Of a stretch of 64,000 bases of DNA, positions 36,901 through 50,444 are shown one piece after another; the first letter of the stretch is position 1, and each line of letters starts with the position of its first letter. Origin of the DNA: Selaginella moellendorffii (Eukaryota > Plantae > Lycopodiophyta); contig NW_003314360.1 in the NCBI RefSeq assembly GCF_000143415.4, forward strand, positions 13,328 to 77,327. Reading direction: 5' to 3'. A program made the position numbers and the translations under genes. Below the pieces are notes generated by a model. It was given only the letters and a program-made list of their open reading frames with translations. It did not search any database and was not told the origin of the DNA.

Positions 36901-39529
36901 AGTTCATCACCCAACACTGGGTATGGCCTTCTTGGGCCTTCCTGGTCCTTCCTGGGCCAAACTGGCCCTTCCTAGCCAAACTGGCTCCATTGGGCTCCAA
37001 CCCCCACACTCTCCCTACTATACTTTTGGAACCTCTCGCAGCCCCCCCCCCCCCCCTGGGGGACGATCACTTTGGGCTTTCACCCAACTGCCTGTATTAG
37101 TATTCGGACTCGGACTCGGGCTCGAACTCGGACTCGGACTCGGTCTCGGTCTTGGCTTCGGACTCGGTCTCGGTCTCGGTCTCGGGTCCATCTCGGACTC
37201 CATCTCGGACTCCATCTCGGGTCCATCTCGGACTCCATCTCAGGTCCATCTCGGACTCCATCTCGGGTCCATCTCGGACTCCATCTCGGACTCCATCTCG
37301 GGTCCATCTCGGACTCCATCTCAGGTCCATCTCGGACTCCACTTTGGGTCCATCTCGGACTCCATCTCGGACTCCATCTCGGACTCCATATCGGACTCCG
37401 TCTCGGTCCATCTCGGACTCCATCTCGGGTCCATCTCGGACTCCATCTCGGATCCATCTCGGGTCCACCTCGGACAACATCTCAGACTCCATCTCGGGTC
37501 CATCTCGGACTCCATCTCAGACTCCATCTCGGGTCCATCTCGGACTCCATCTCGGACTCCATCTCGGGTCCCTCTCGGACTCCATCTCGGACTCCATCTC
37601 GGGTCCATCTCGGGTCCCATCTCGGGTCCATCTCGGGTCCATCTTAGACTCCATCTCAGACTCCATCTCGGACTCCATCTCAGACTCCATCTCGGACTCC
37701 ATCTCGGGTCCATCTCGGACTCCATCTCGGACTCCATCTCGGGTCCATCTCGGACTCCATCTCGGACTCCATCTCGGACTCCATATCGGACTCCGTCTCG
37801 GTCCATCTCGGACTCCATCTCGGGTCCATCTCGGTCTCCATCTCGGACTCCAACTCGGGTCCATCTTGGACTCCATCTCGAACTCCATCTTGGACTCCAT
37901 CTCGAACTCCATCTTGGACTCCATCTCGGGTCCATCTCGGACTCCATCTCGGGTCCATCTCGGACTCCATCTCGGACTCCATCTCGGGTCCATCTTGGAC
38001 TCCATCTCGGACTCCATCTCGGGTCCATCTCGGGTCCCATCTCGGGTCCATCTCGGGTCCATCTCAGACTCCATCTCAGACTCCATCTCGGACTCCATCT
38101 CAGACTCCATCTCGGACTCCATCTCGGGTCCATCTCAGACTCCATCTCGGACTCCATCTCGGGTCCATCTCGGACTCCATCTCGGACTCCATCTCGGACT
38201 CCATATCGGACTCCGTCTCGGTCCATCTCGGACTCCATCTCAGACTCCACCTCGGACTCGATCTCGGGTCCATCTCGGGTCCACCTCGGACTCCACTTCG
38301 GACTCCAACTCGGACTCCACTTCGGACTCCACCTCGGACTCCATCTCGGGTCCTTCTCGGACACTACCATGTGTCATGTCTTGGTCCTTTTGGGTCCCTT
38401 TTTGGAGCCTTGCTTATTGCTCGTTTCGTGCTCATTCCTCGAGCCGTTCGTTAGGAGTTCCACTCCCGCTCTCGACCTTTCAAGGTGGAGCTTTTGGCCC
38501 AAACGTGTTACACTCGTTTGGCTTTCGCTTCGGCCACTACCACGTGGCACCCTTCCGGCTCCACTTTGGGGCCTAGGGATTTTGTGTCTCACAAACCCTT
38601 TGTTCCTCGAACTCAGTTTTGATTCTATAGAATGTGGTTTGAGGGACTCCATAAATGATTCTCCATGCCTTCATGCAGACCAAACCCCTTTGGAAGACTA
38701 TGCCCCCCACCTGATGTTCTGAAGCATCAACAGATGACTGTAATGCCTCATACACAAAATTGCGAGCTGCCTTCCAGGACAATGTCTTGTATCTTGCTCT
38801 CTCCTCTTCAATAGCATCCCAATCAGCATGTTGACAGCACCTCCTCTTGCAACAAGCAACTGTCGAGACCATTCGAACCTCCATCGCCATTTTCTGCCTT
38901 TTCGGTTCGTTGCTCAGATCCCTTTGGCTGCACTTTAGGAAGGTGTACTTTCTTTTCCCATGAAGAGATGTTCTGTCATCAGTTGTAGTGGTGTTTGATT
39001 GTGAATCCTTCACATTCTTAAACACTAAGTGCCTCAATTTCCACCGCACAATGCTTCCAATAGTCAGACTGTTTTCTTCTGTGTCAACAACCTCTAAAAT
39101 CGCAACTCCAATATCATCCCAGCCCAATTCTTGATTAGCAACCGCATCTCTTGGATCGACAACTGTGGCTAAACCCTCAGCTACCACCTCCCCCTCGGGG
39201 TTGTTTAGAAACACCTTCGTCTGAATCCATGTAGCACGGTTCTTAAGATCCACGGAGGGAACATGCATTGCACTTGCGCTGTCCCCAACATCTGCTTTCT
39301 TCTGAAGATTTTTCAAGGCAACAACAACATTTACCCCGACGACCATCTCTCCTCATTCAATAGCGACCACATTCCCATCGAAGATAGTCTCTACTGATAC
39401 AGCAGCATTGCCTTCCCCAAGCCTTTGACAGTGTATAACAAAGTTCCAATCCATAGACACAAGGGTCCCTTTTGCAACTCTCTTCCCACCATTCAAAATG
39501 TAAACCTTTTCCCCAACCCTGAAGGCCAT
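33920..39529 (-). pseudogene. DUF7869/Sola-like DDD transposase of copy A (~1020 aa when reconstructed)
   Basis: FSKCDEC, LCIIHDKMDQKK, LLLQTDNAGSENKN, FLIVGHTHEDVDAMFS. Disabled by CGA>TGA at 39353, the solo LTR at 36057-38593, a 1-bp deletion near 35776 (relative to copy B) and an in-frame TAG at 34727. Confidence 0.85.
36057..38593 (-). mobile_element. Solo LTR, family X (2537 bp, expanded tandem array)
   Basis: TGTAAG...TCACA with TSD AACCC on both sides. Copy B has the empty site with a single GGGTT near 63223. Confidence 0.95.
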
Positions 39530-40824
39530 TCTGAAAGTGTAGAAAAGAAGTTAACACCATACAAAAAATGATTGGAGAATGGCCTAAATCATAACATACC
39601 AAACAACCTCAATAGCATGAGGCCACATGCCATTATTCAAACATGCTATTAACACCCACGTGAAATTTCGCATTCACAAAATTGGCATGAGGCCTTATGC
39701 CATCTTGATATACACACAGCTGCAGGCAAGTAAAAACATACATGACAATACACTAGCCATGAAATTGCAAGGGCCCAAGATGGCATGTGGCCTCATGCCA
39801 TTTCTAAATGTGGTCCTAAGCCATTCCATGGTGAACATACCAGGAAGCACAAGTGCCGAATATCAAGAGGAAGCGGTAGCCACACCAAAGACAGTGCCGC
39901 TCGCAACACCGCAACTGCTTGTAGCGCCGCTCGCAACACCGCAACTGCTCGTAGCGCCACTCGCACAAATTGCCACTCGCATAAACTGCCGCTCGCAATG
40001 GCGCTCGCAATGCCGCAACCGCTCGTAGATGCATATACCACAGCTCACAACGCCGCTTACACAAGCAGCGCTCACTGCGCTCAGCAGAACCAAGAACACG
40101 GCGCACAAAAATGATAGACCTAGGAATGAGTTCAAGAATTCAAAAATAACACACGCTTGAACGTCATATCAAATCCTCTGACAAACCAGATCTTATGACT
40201 CCTCTGACAAATTTCAAACTGAGTAGCTTCTAGACTTTGGTGTCGGAGGTTGAACTTTGTCACATCATGTCCTTGCCTCGATCCAGCTGTGCCATGTCAA
40301 TGATTCGAACTTTGCCATGCCATGTCAGCGATCCGCGCCAAGATTATTCGCTGTGTAAAGGAATAATTATGCTGTGTGTGTACGTCCATTTATGGCAATA
40401 TAAGGCCACACGCCATTCAAAGAATAATGCTAGTCGAGCATTTTTTGGTGCATTTTTGGGTTCAAAATTGCATGAGCCCACACGCTATAAAGTTTACCTG
40501 TACCAAAAATAGAAACAGCTTTATTTACTTGGGAATTTAAGTGGTTGAGTCATTTTTAAACTTACAAACACATGCCCTACTTACATTCCTTTGGTTGCTT
40601 AAAATTCAAAAATATTATAAACCTTTCTTTTTGCATTTTCAATGTTTTCAATTATGGTTTTTGATTTTCGCAAGACCAGCCTAGTAATCTATTTGCATCC
40701 CGTCATGTTTATAGCTAGCTTTCGTTTGTCCCTTTCGCTAGCCTGAGATACATCTACTCGGCATCTGCCTCTTACAGCATTTGCCCAGAAAGGGCATCTT
40801 TCTTCACGCAGCATTTGCCACATA

Positions 40825-40850
40825 TTTAGGGTTTAGGGTTTAGGGTTTAG
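40825..40850 (+). repeat. Interstitial plant telomeric repeat (TTTAGGG) x3.7 inside transposon copy A
   Basis: Direct reading. Confidence 0.9.
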
Positions 40851-43800
40851 CAATTCAGTAGCTTGATAAACATGCAAATACAGAACTTGATGCAAAATCC
40901 TTTGATATGTCACAATGCCCCTAGGACCATAAACACATTTCAATAGAGAGGGTCCTTTCATTTCATAACTCCTTACGTAGATCTTGGTGAAACCAGAGTT
41001 AGTGAATTATTAAATGATATCCCAATCATGATCTTTCTTTTGGATTTCGCGTGCATGCAGTCCGAGGAATGATGACGTTGCGGATTTCTTTTGGATTTTG
41101 CGTGTTTGCATGCGCACGGCAATCCAGAAATTAATGGTGGCGCCCAAGTCCGAGGAATGATGACGTGGCGGGATTACCAACCGTTGTGACATTTCGCGCG
41201 TGTGAGGTTAGGTTTTGCATTTTGCTTCGTACTCGCGCTCGCGCTCGCATCACACTCGCACTCGTAATCATTACAGGTTACAGGTCCCAGTTACTGGTTA
41301 CTAGTTACTGGCTACTCCAGTGGTTACTCAAGCAGCTAATCCGGTGCTTACTCTATGGGTTGATAGTTATGTGTGCTTGAGGCCTACATCTCCATTTTCA
41401 CCCTTATTCCTTTTCATCACAGGCATTTCGGGCAACTTTGAGCAACTTGAGCACTAGCCTACAGTCTTCTTGCTCCTGTCAACCCAGTTGCCTTGATCGG
41501 GCATTTGTAGTGTTTAGGGTATTTGATGTCGGTCCAAACTAGACGTGCAACAAATTGGCACTCTTTTACCATACCTCCAGGCCCTAAGGTATGGAGTAAA
41601 CTTTCTCACATCCAAATGCAGTTTAGGTACGACACTGCACCTTCTCAGGCCGAGTCCTCTTCATCCTTGATAGAATCTAGTGACTTCGATCTATGAGCTA
41701 TGGTGCAGCCACCTTTAGCTCGACCTCAGCTCCATGTTCTGCAGAAGGGGAGTGATCTGCCAACCTTCTCAGGTGTTGGAATAGTCTCTCCAACATTGCA
41801 TATTAGTCACTTTGATTACTATTGTACCACAAACATGATCGTCAACGATGATTGTATGTGCCGTGACTTCTTGCAGTCTCTTGAAGGCAAAGCAGCAACT
41901 TGGGCAAATTCTCTCCTCCTAGAGGACCAGAAAGACTTCTAGACACTACTTGCTTCTTTCAAACAATGTTTTGTTGAAGAATGTTTCGTTCAGCTACTGG
42001 TTGACCTCTTTTCATTCTGGCAGGGTGCTCACGAGTCTGTTCCTGACTACATCACCCAGTTTTGAGCATACTGGAAGCAATGTTGGGATTTTAGAGTAGT
42101 CCAAGATGAACAATAGGGGATCACGGCATTCACAACGGGTCTGCATGGGAACTTGTAGCAGAAACTTCTCAAAAAGACATTCAAGTCTTGTTGTGAGGTA
42201 TTTTTGTTTGCCACGAAGCTGGAAAGAGAACTTCTTGTCGACTTAGGGATCACTAGAGTTGATTTCAACTAAACCATCACCCCGTCAAAGTCACCTTGTG
42301 CAGCTATTCACCTGTCCACACCAAAGCCCATCGCTATCAAAAACTAAGAACTTCACGAACAAGATGCGGCAATTGAAAGAGATCATTCTTTAGTAGCAAT
42401 CACACCATGACAAACTGCTCCAGTAGCTGGTGGAGTCTAGAAAAGAGGCCGCTACAGCTCGGGAATGTAGATTTAAGTCCCATTGGTGCACTCACTGCAA
42501 GACAAACACACACAACACACAGCACTGCTTCAAGCTTCACCTAGAGCTTCGGCCTCCATCTTCTCAACGTGTCCAACAACATCCCTTCGCTAATAATTCC
42601 ACATCATCTCTGGGTTCAAGGACATATCAGGAGCAGTTGGAGTGAAAAACAATTGAGGCAGCCCCTTCGTCAAGCAAAGGCAAGGCACCAGCCTTATTGG
42701 TCAACACAATTTTGGTAGCCAAGGAACTCTATAGGCAATAGCAGCAAACCGTAGCCATTCGAGCCCAAGTGAAGAAGAAGGTAGCTGCTCAGCTTGCCAT
42801 AGATCCCTTGGCGTCGGTTGAGAGTGAATCTTTGTGGGCACCAGATCTAGTGACACAAAGGGTGGTTTGTAAGCTCCCCTTCAAGTCACTACTCTCTTCT
42901 CCTCCTGAGATCTCACCAACATCTATTCCTATTCTAGAGCCAGTTCTTCAATAGCTAGTTGACACTCCTATCACCTTTTCGCTACAAGATATGTTGTGTC
43001 TTGTCCCGGGATTCGGCCAGCGTTTAGAGGAGTTTGCACGGTCAGGAACACTAGAGAGCACTCTCAAGAGGACTCTTCAAGAGGTGCACATTGTCGACAT
43101 GACAAGATATGGTGGAGATCCTGGTCCATTCTTTTTCCTGGTGCAGATTGGTAGTTCCTCTTGTAGGATGGATGCTTTGGTTGACTCTGGTTCTGGAAGC
43201 AACATTATCTCTCTCAAAGTTACCCTTTCAATACAGCTACAGATTATTGAGAGCTCCCCCATCGTGCTCAAGACCATCACCGACCACACTGTTCCTCTAG
43301 CGGGCATTTGCTGTGGTGTCAAGGTCTTTGTGCAAGGTGTTATTTTTGAGGTGGATTTCCTCATGGTTGACTACCAACATCTTGGAATGTCCTCTTTGAA
43401 GGACTCTATCATCCTTGGCTGCTCATGGCAAGTCACAGCCCATTGCACCATTGACAGTGCACAAGGCAAGATGGAAATTAGTGATGGAACCCATAGCGCC
43501 ACCTTTCTCAACAACCACAACAGAGCTCTTTCTTAGCAAGCCCATCAAGCTCAGACTAAGATGGCCTTCACACCACACTTCCCTCTTGAGCTCATAGAGG
43601 TTTTTCCTGAGTTGGCGGTGGAGTCAACTATCTATATGATGGATGCTTCTCATGCAATGCAATTGACATGGTTGAAGTTGAGTCAGATAGCTCGAGACAT
43701 CTCTCAGCTTCACTCTCTTTATTTGAGAGTAAGGCCGAGCCCTCTTTATTTGATGGTGGGGCTTATAGGGTATGGGCTCCCATATCCAGCTTTTCGGAGT

Positions 43801-44944
43801 GTTTCTTGATAGAGGAAGGGCTTCTTGATTCATTTATTGCATGGGACCAACTCTCTCTTATGGAGCTTGATGACACAATCACTTCAGACCAAGTCCATCT
43901 TTCATAGGACACAGCCAAACTCAATCCTCCTCAGCAACTATCTGAGGTGTCACACAGCCAGCATGTTCCTACTAAAATTACAATAGCTGACAACTCCGAG
44001 TGTATTTTGTCATGCCATTTTCTGGATACAAAGGATGACATCTGGACCCACAACAAGTAGAAAGAATCAAGCCAATCGGACGTGCCACATGCAAGTTATA
44101 GCTCTTTGAGTTCAAAATTTCCTACCATGGAGCCCCCAGTACTCCAACCACTACAACGACAACTTCCTTTCGACATTTACATCACAACAGGTACAGAGGC
44201 TTTTAGAGTATGCCTTTGCCAACGTTCACAGCCTGGCAAGCCAGCACATGCAATGTACTATGCCTCACATTCATTCAAGGAGACTAAGAAGAAGTACGTG
44301 AATGCGGGAAAAGAAGTAGTGGCTGTTGTTTATACCTTGGAGTGATTTCATCACTTTCTCACTAGAGCCTGTATCCATTTCCATATCTATTTTAATGTGC
44401 TAACCTTTTTTTTACAGCGACCAGTTCACAATCCTCGTACTTTATTTTGGATTTTGACCATCCAAGAGTTCCAACCAACGTTTCACATGCAGCAGAAGTG
44501 TGTGATGGATCTGAGGCGCTGGCACGAGCACTTGGTTATGGCGTTGTGGGCCTTTCAGATGTCCTTCAAGACATCCATCTCCACAACCAGATTCTCCCTT
44601 GTCTATGGGACAGAGACCATGCTTCTAGTGGAGATCCAAGTGCCATCACTCTCACTTTCACTTCGATACGCAGCAGCGATGCAATTTAGTGATGAGGACA
44701 AGCTTCATGTACGTGACTTGAAGGTTCTTGCCTTGGAAGAATAGCGACAATCCATAACTGAATGCTCCACCATATCACTCCATCTTTCATCATTTCTACA
44801 CTTACCACCCTTGGGCAATGCATCCCCTCTTCTACCTCTCTTTCTTTCTAAAATTCAGCAAATCCTTGGAGCATACCTGAAGCCATCATGAGGCTGCATT
44901 TGCATATTACACTTCCCTGAGCTGAAATCTAGTTACAGGTTAAG

Positions 44945-46559
44945 TGTAAGCGACTAATTTTTCCATTTTACTTTAGTCACTTAACCGCACCTTTGACCAC
45001 TTGGAGGAGTCTCATTCACAACCTCCATAAGTCCCAGTTAGGACTTGGGGCTTGCTAGCCCCGAGAATGGCATCCATACCACTCCACCTTTGCACTTGGT
45101 CCAAGTGCTCCACGTGTCCGATCCCATGACCGGCACTCCAAGGTACCACCAACATACCAGCCCGTTACGCTAGGCCATGCCCTTTCACCTTAGTCACATC
45201 GGTGGTCCAACACCACCTACATTGTTCTCCAAAACTGGGCCATCTATCCATGAGTGGTCATCCCAGATCCACTCCTTAGCATCCTTAGGATGCCCGCAGA
45301 CATGGGGAATAGCCTTCCCTAATATCCCCTTTCAGTCCTCACAAAGTCCCTTTCTGTCTATGGCCGTGTTCGCCAACACTGCCACTAGATCAAGGCCCGC
45401 AAGCCCAACCTCTAAGTCCCTCTATCCTTTGGGACTTCCTCACCATGTGACCGTATCCTTGGTCACTGCACTAGAGGACTGCTCCTCTTCCCTTTCACCG
45501 TTTGGGACTTTGGGACAACATTTCGGAACATCGTGGCCTTACGCAAGCCTCATGGGTACTCCCCCCACCTCTCGCCTTTTGGTGCTCTAGGCATGGGCTT
45601 AGAGCGAGGTTCCATTGAGCCACACCAGGTATCCAAATAGGTAGTACCACCCACGCTTGGACTGGGAGCATCGGCCAGTTGATCTCCCGAGGGAACTAGA
45701 GCTGGCTCTTGAACACTTCACCAAGCTACCCCATTTGTCGGCCTGTGTTCACTCTAGTCATGGACTTCCCAGTGGGCAGCTCATCACCCAACACTGGGTA
45801 CAACCTTCCTGGGCCAAAGTGGCCTTTCCTGGCCAAACTGGCTCCACTGCAGTCCTCCCCCTACTATACTTTTGGAGCTCACCAAACCCCCCAGGGTCTG
45901 GGAGACGAACGCTTTGGGCTTTCACCCTCTCAGACTCGAACTCGGACTCGGACTCGGGCTTGGGCTCGGTCTCGGCCTCGGCCTTGGTCTCGGTCTTGGT
46001 CCCGGTCTCAGACTCCATCTTGGGTCCATCTCGGACTCCATGTCGGACTCCATCTCGGGTCCATCTCGGGTCCACCTCAGACTCCATCTCGGACTCCATC
46101 TCGGGTCCATCTCGGAATCCATCTCGGGTCCGTCTCGGACTCAATCTCGGATCCATCTCGGACTCCATCTCGGGTCCACCTCGGACTCCACCTCGGACTC
46201 CATCTCGGGGTCCTTCTCGGACTCCACTTCGGACTCCATCTCGGGGTCCTTCTCAGACTCCACTTCGGACTCCAACTCAGGTCCATCTCAGACTCCACTT
46301 CGGACTCCAACTCGGGTCCATCTCGGACACTTCCATGTGTCATATGTTGGTCTTTTTGGGTCCCTTTTTGGAGCCTCGCTTATTGCTCGCTTCGTGCTCG
46401 TTCCTCGAGCACTTTGTTGGGAGTTCCACTCCCGCTCTCGACCTTTTAAGTTGGGGCTTTTAGTCCAAACGTGTTATGCTCGTTTGGTTTTCGCTTTGGC
46501 CACCACCACATGGCACCCTTCCGGCTCCACTTTGGGGCCTAGAGATTTTGTGTCTCACA
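44945..46559 (-). mobile_element. Solo LTR, family X
   Basis: TG...CA ends, TSD TTAAG; empty paralogous site at ~31294. Confidence 0.95.
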
Positions 46560-47588
46560 TTAAGTTCTTTGGGTACTCATTTTTTTTTCCTCTATTTTTC
46601 TCCTCTTTTCACACTTTCTTCTACACTTTTCTTTAACTTCAGAGTCTAATTTGACTATAGGGTTTCCCACCAGGTTTTCTGACTTGTCTTCAAACGGGTT
46701 CTCACACATTTGGAGCCAGTGCGATCCACTGTGGTCGCATGTTAGGGTGTGGTCATGGAGAGAGTGTGAGAGAGAGAGGGAATGTTCTGGTCCTTAGAAT
46801 ATTCCCTATCTTCCTTGTATAAAACCCTTGCCCCTCAAGGGCAAGGGGGGAATTTTGTGGTGAGTATTGAAACATTTCTCATGTTTGAGCGAGCGTTAGA
46901 GGAGGTCCCCCAACAATGGTAGCAATGTCTCCAAGATTAATGCCTATGCTTAGTGGCAAACTCTACAACTCTTTGTTCTGCGTTTATGATGTGAAGCTTC
47001 TCAACTACTTTGTTTGGTAAAAGCTCAATTAGCATATGGGGTGATTTGTGCATTCCAAACGTATGCAAAAATTGAGCTATAACTTTTATTAGAGTAGTTG
47101 TGTAATTTTACTTATGTAGAAAATATTCATTAGGTGGAAATTTTTTCCTGTGAAGAGATACATACACTTATGGATCATGTATCACAAAGGGTGGTTCATG
47201 CCTTGCAAAGGGTGTTTCACACTTAGAGTAGTAAATATTTCCCTTAGCAATAGTGTCGCTCAACTAATTTGAAGAACAAATTTTCACATTTATTCACTTG
47301 CATATTTGCTCTTTGTCTAAGCTTTACTTTAGGGGATATAGAGTGCATTTTATGTGATTGCCTTTGATTCCTCCTTATAGGGTTAGATGTGATGTGAGTG
47401 CTCTCAAAATCTATAGAAGAGTGACACCTTTCACACTTAGCAGTGTTTATAATTTCTTTATATATAATATATGAGTCTTAATTAATTCACCTAAGTGTAC
47501 TAGGTGTAGAGTGGTTTGAATGATTAGAGTGGTTTATGATAATTGCTTCCGAATTTTCAACTTCTGAGTTTTGTTCAAGTCTCATAGG

Positions 47589-49265
47589 TGTGGGGTATAA
47601 AATCCCTAGGCCCCAAAGTAGAGCCAGAAGAGTGATATGTAGTAGTGGCTGAAACGAAAACCAAATGAGCGTAACACGTTTAGACTAAAAGCTCCAACTT
47701 GAAAGGTCGAAAGCGGGAGTGGAACTCCCAACGAAGTGCTCGAGGAACAAGCATGAAGTGAGAGATAAGTGAGTCTCTAGAAAAGGGACACAAGAGGACC
47801 GACACATGACAAGTGGAAGTGTCTGAGATGGACCCGAGATGGAGTCCGAGATGGACCCAAGATGGAGTCTGAGATGGACCGAGACAGAGTCTAAGATGGA
47901 GTCCGAGATGGAGTCCGAGATGGACCCGAGATGGAGTCCAAGATGGAGTTCGAGATGGAGTCCAAGATGGAGTTCGAGATGGAGTCCAAGATGGACCCGA
48001 GTTGGAGTCCGAGATGGAGTCCGAGATGGACCGAGATAGAGTCCGAGATGGACCCGAGATGGAATCCGAGATGGAGTCCAAGAAGGACCCGAGATGGAGT
48101 CTGAGGTCGAGACCGAGACTAGGACCAAGACCGAGACCGAGACCGAGACCGAGACCAAGACCAAGACCGGGACCGAGACCGAGACCGAGACTGAGGCCGA
48201 GGCTGAGACCGAGCCCGAGCCGGAGCCAGAGCCCCAGCCGGAGTCCGAGTCCGAGTCTGAGTCCGAGTCTAAGTCCGAGTCCGAGTCCGAGTCCGAGTTC
48301 GAGTCTGAGAGGGTGAAAGCCCAAAGCGTTCGTCTCCCAGACCCTGGGGGTTTGGTGAGCTCCAAAAGTATAATGAGGGGGAGGACTGCAGAAAGGCTGT
48401 ACCCAGCGTTGGGTGATGAGTTGCCCACTGGGAAGTCCAAGACTAGAGTGATCACAAACCGACAAGCGGGGTAGCTTGGTGAAGTGTTCAAGAGCTGGCT
48501 CTAGTTCCCCCGGGAGATCGACTAGCTGATGCTCCCAGTCCAAGTGTGGGTGGCACTACCTACTTGGATACCTGGTGTGGCTCAACGGAACCTCGCTCTA
48601 AGCCCATAGCTAGAGCATCCAAAGGCAGTAGGCGAGGAGAGTACCCACGAGGCCCGCATAGGGCCACGGTGTTCCGAAATGTTGCCCCAAAGTCCCAGAC
48701 TGTGGAAAGGAAGAGGAGTAGCCCTCTGGCGTGGTGACAAAGGAGACAGTCACATAGTGAGGAAGTCCCAGAGGACAGTTGGACTTAGTGGTTGGGCCAA
48801 TGGGCCTTGATCAAGTGATAGTGTTGGCGAACACGGCCATGGACAGGAAGGGACCTGGTGGGGACCAAAAAGGAGACATGGGGGAAGGCTATTCCCCATG
48901 TCTGCAGGCATCCTGAGGATGCTATGGAGTGGATTTGGGATAGCCACTCATGGATGGATGGCCTAGTCTTTGAGAGACGGGATTGTAATGCAGATGATGT
49001 TCGACCACCGATGTGACCAAGGTGAATGGGCATGGCCTAGCATGACAGGCGGGTATGTCTGTGGTACCTTGGGGTGTTGGTCTTGGGATCGGACACGTTT
49101 TGCACTTGGACCAAGTGCAAAAGCTGAGTGGCGTGGATGCCATTCTCGGGGCTAGCAAGCCCCAAGCTCTGAATGGGACTTATGGAGGTTGTGAATGAGG
49201 CTCTTCCAAGTGGTCAGAAGTGTGGTTAAGTGACTAAAGTAGAATGGAAAAATTAGTCGCTTACA
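47589..49265 (+). mobile_element. Solo LTR, family X (opposite orientation)
   Basis: TG...CA ends, TSD ATAGG (47584-47588, 49266-49270). Confidence 0.95.
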
Positions 49266-50444
49266 ATAGGCTCTTGAAATATGCATAGGAGACTTGAACT
49301 CGGGATAAATCTACTCTCAAACTCTATCTGAGTAGTTGTCTAAGCTAAAGAACCTTGGATAAAAATCTTGAGATAACACAATATTTTAATTGTGGTTCTA
49401 CCTTTGTCAAAGCCTCATAAGATTTGAGTGAATAATTCTTCAATTTATTTTTCATTAAGGCTGGATCTAGGTCTCTTTAAGCTAAAGACAAGAGTTACAA
49501 GTGCCCAATTTTCTTGCTTGTGTATGCCGAGAAAAATTGTGACACGCTGCTAAAAATGTGTCCTCTAAAAACACAAATGAGAACTTGCTTAGAAAGAAAA
49601 AATTCTAGAGTAGTTAATTGTGTTTTTCACATCAAACAAACTCCATTCCTTCTTCTTTTGGATTTTTGTCAAAAAATTGCTGGTGAAATAATTTGAACTT
49701 GAGTTTTTTGGCAATGTATGCCAAATTCCAATTTCAAACTTATTCCATGCTCTGTGGCTTAAGTGACGATTGAAAAACTAATTTTCTTGCATTGTCTGGG
49801 CACTAAACCATTGCAATCACAAAAAAAGTTCCTTCGTTTAGTGTTATTTGGGTTCAAAGCCTTTACAATCATTGAAGAGATATGTTTGTGATTCCTAGTG
49901 TTAGACATGTTTGGAATTCACTAGCAATTTTTTCTGAGCTATTTTTCAAACCATAGAGTGACAGCTTATTCCACCGTAGTCGCCAAAAGTGAGTAAGGCA
50001 TTTTTTGCCTGTACTCGTGTTCTTACCCTTACCTAAAAAATAGTGACAAAAAAACAAAAACAAAAATGTAGAGAAGAGAAGAAGAAAAGAAGAATAGAAA
50101 AGAGCTCAACCTCGAACCCCAAAGGTGTGAGTAAGGATAAATATATGTCATTCTCTTAACTCTACTTTGCACAAATAGTCATAAGTGGGAGAAAAAAGGT
50201 TAATTCAATGTAAATGCATACAACAGTGAGTGGGGTTTGTTTTCTAATACGTTTAAGTGTTACTTATATACTATATGATTTTATAACCATTCCTAACTGC
50301 TTTATGGTTGTCTATAATGAGCATTGTCTAAGTTGGGTTTTTCTTCTTTGAATATCTAAACTTAGGCATAACTCCATTTTGCTTAAGTTTTTTTGTTTTG
50401 TTCTGCTTGGGAAGATACATAAGATAAAACATTTACCTCTTCAT

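Larger units (their letters stand above)
32291..41265 (-). mobile_element. Large DDD DNA transposon, copy A (5'-truncated, interrupted by a solo LTR)
   Basis: Begins with AAGCTCTATTTCGTTAAAGTGGGA, identical to 53893-53916. Apart from the solo LTR and indels, 35281-41265 is a close reverse-complement homolog of ~59770-64000. Contains the transposase and ~13 palindrome copies. Confidence 0.85.
41266..50430 (+). mobile_element. Internally deleted family-Z Gypsy element: gag, protease, RNase H/integrase remnants and probable long 3' LTR
   Basis: Gag remnants with CTHCKTNTHNTQHC; protease ALVDSGSGSNII (42991-43536); 44130-44740 paralogous to 23235-24500 and 30129-30225; PPT-like AAGGGGGGAA near 46850. 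Outer boundaries approximate. Confidence 0.7.

Noticed and set aside
37105-38360. Possible CRISPR-like array
   Set aside because: Contiguous short units with no unique spacers and no cas genes; eukaryotic LTR context.
40825-40850. Telomeric repeats as a healed chromosome end or fusion site
   Set aside because: Only 4-5 units, present at the homologous internal position of both transposon copies.
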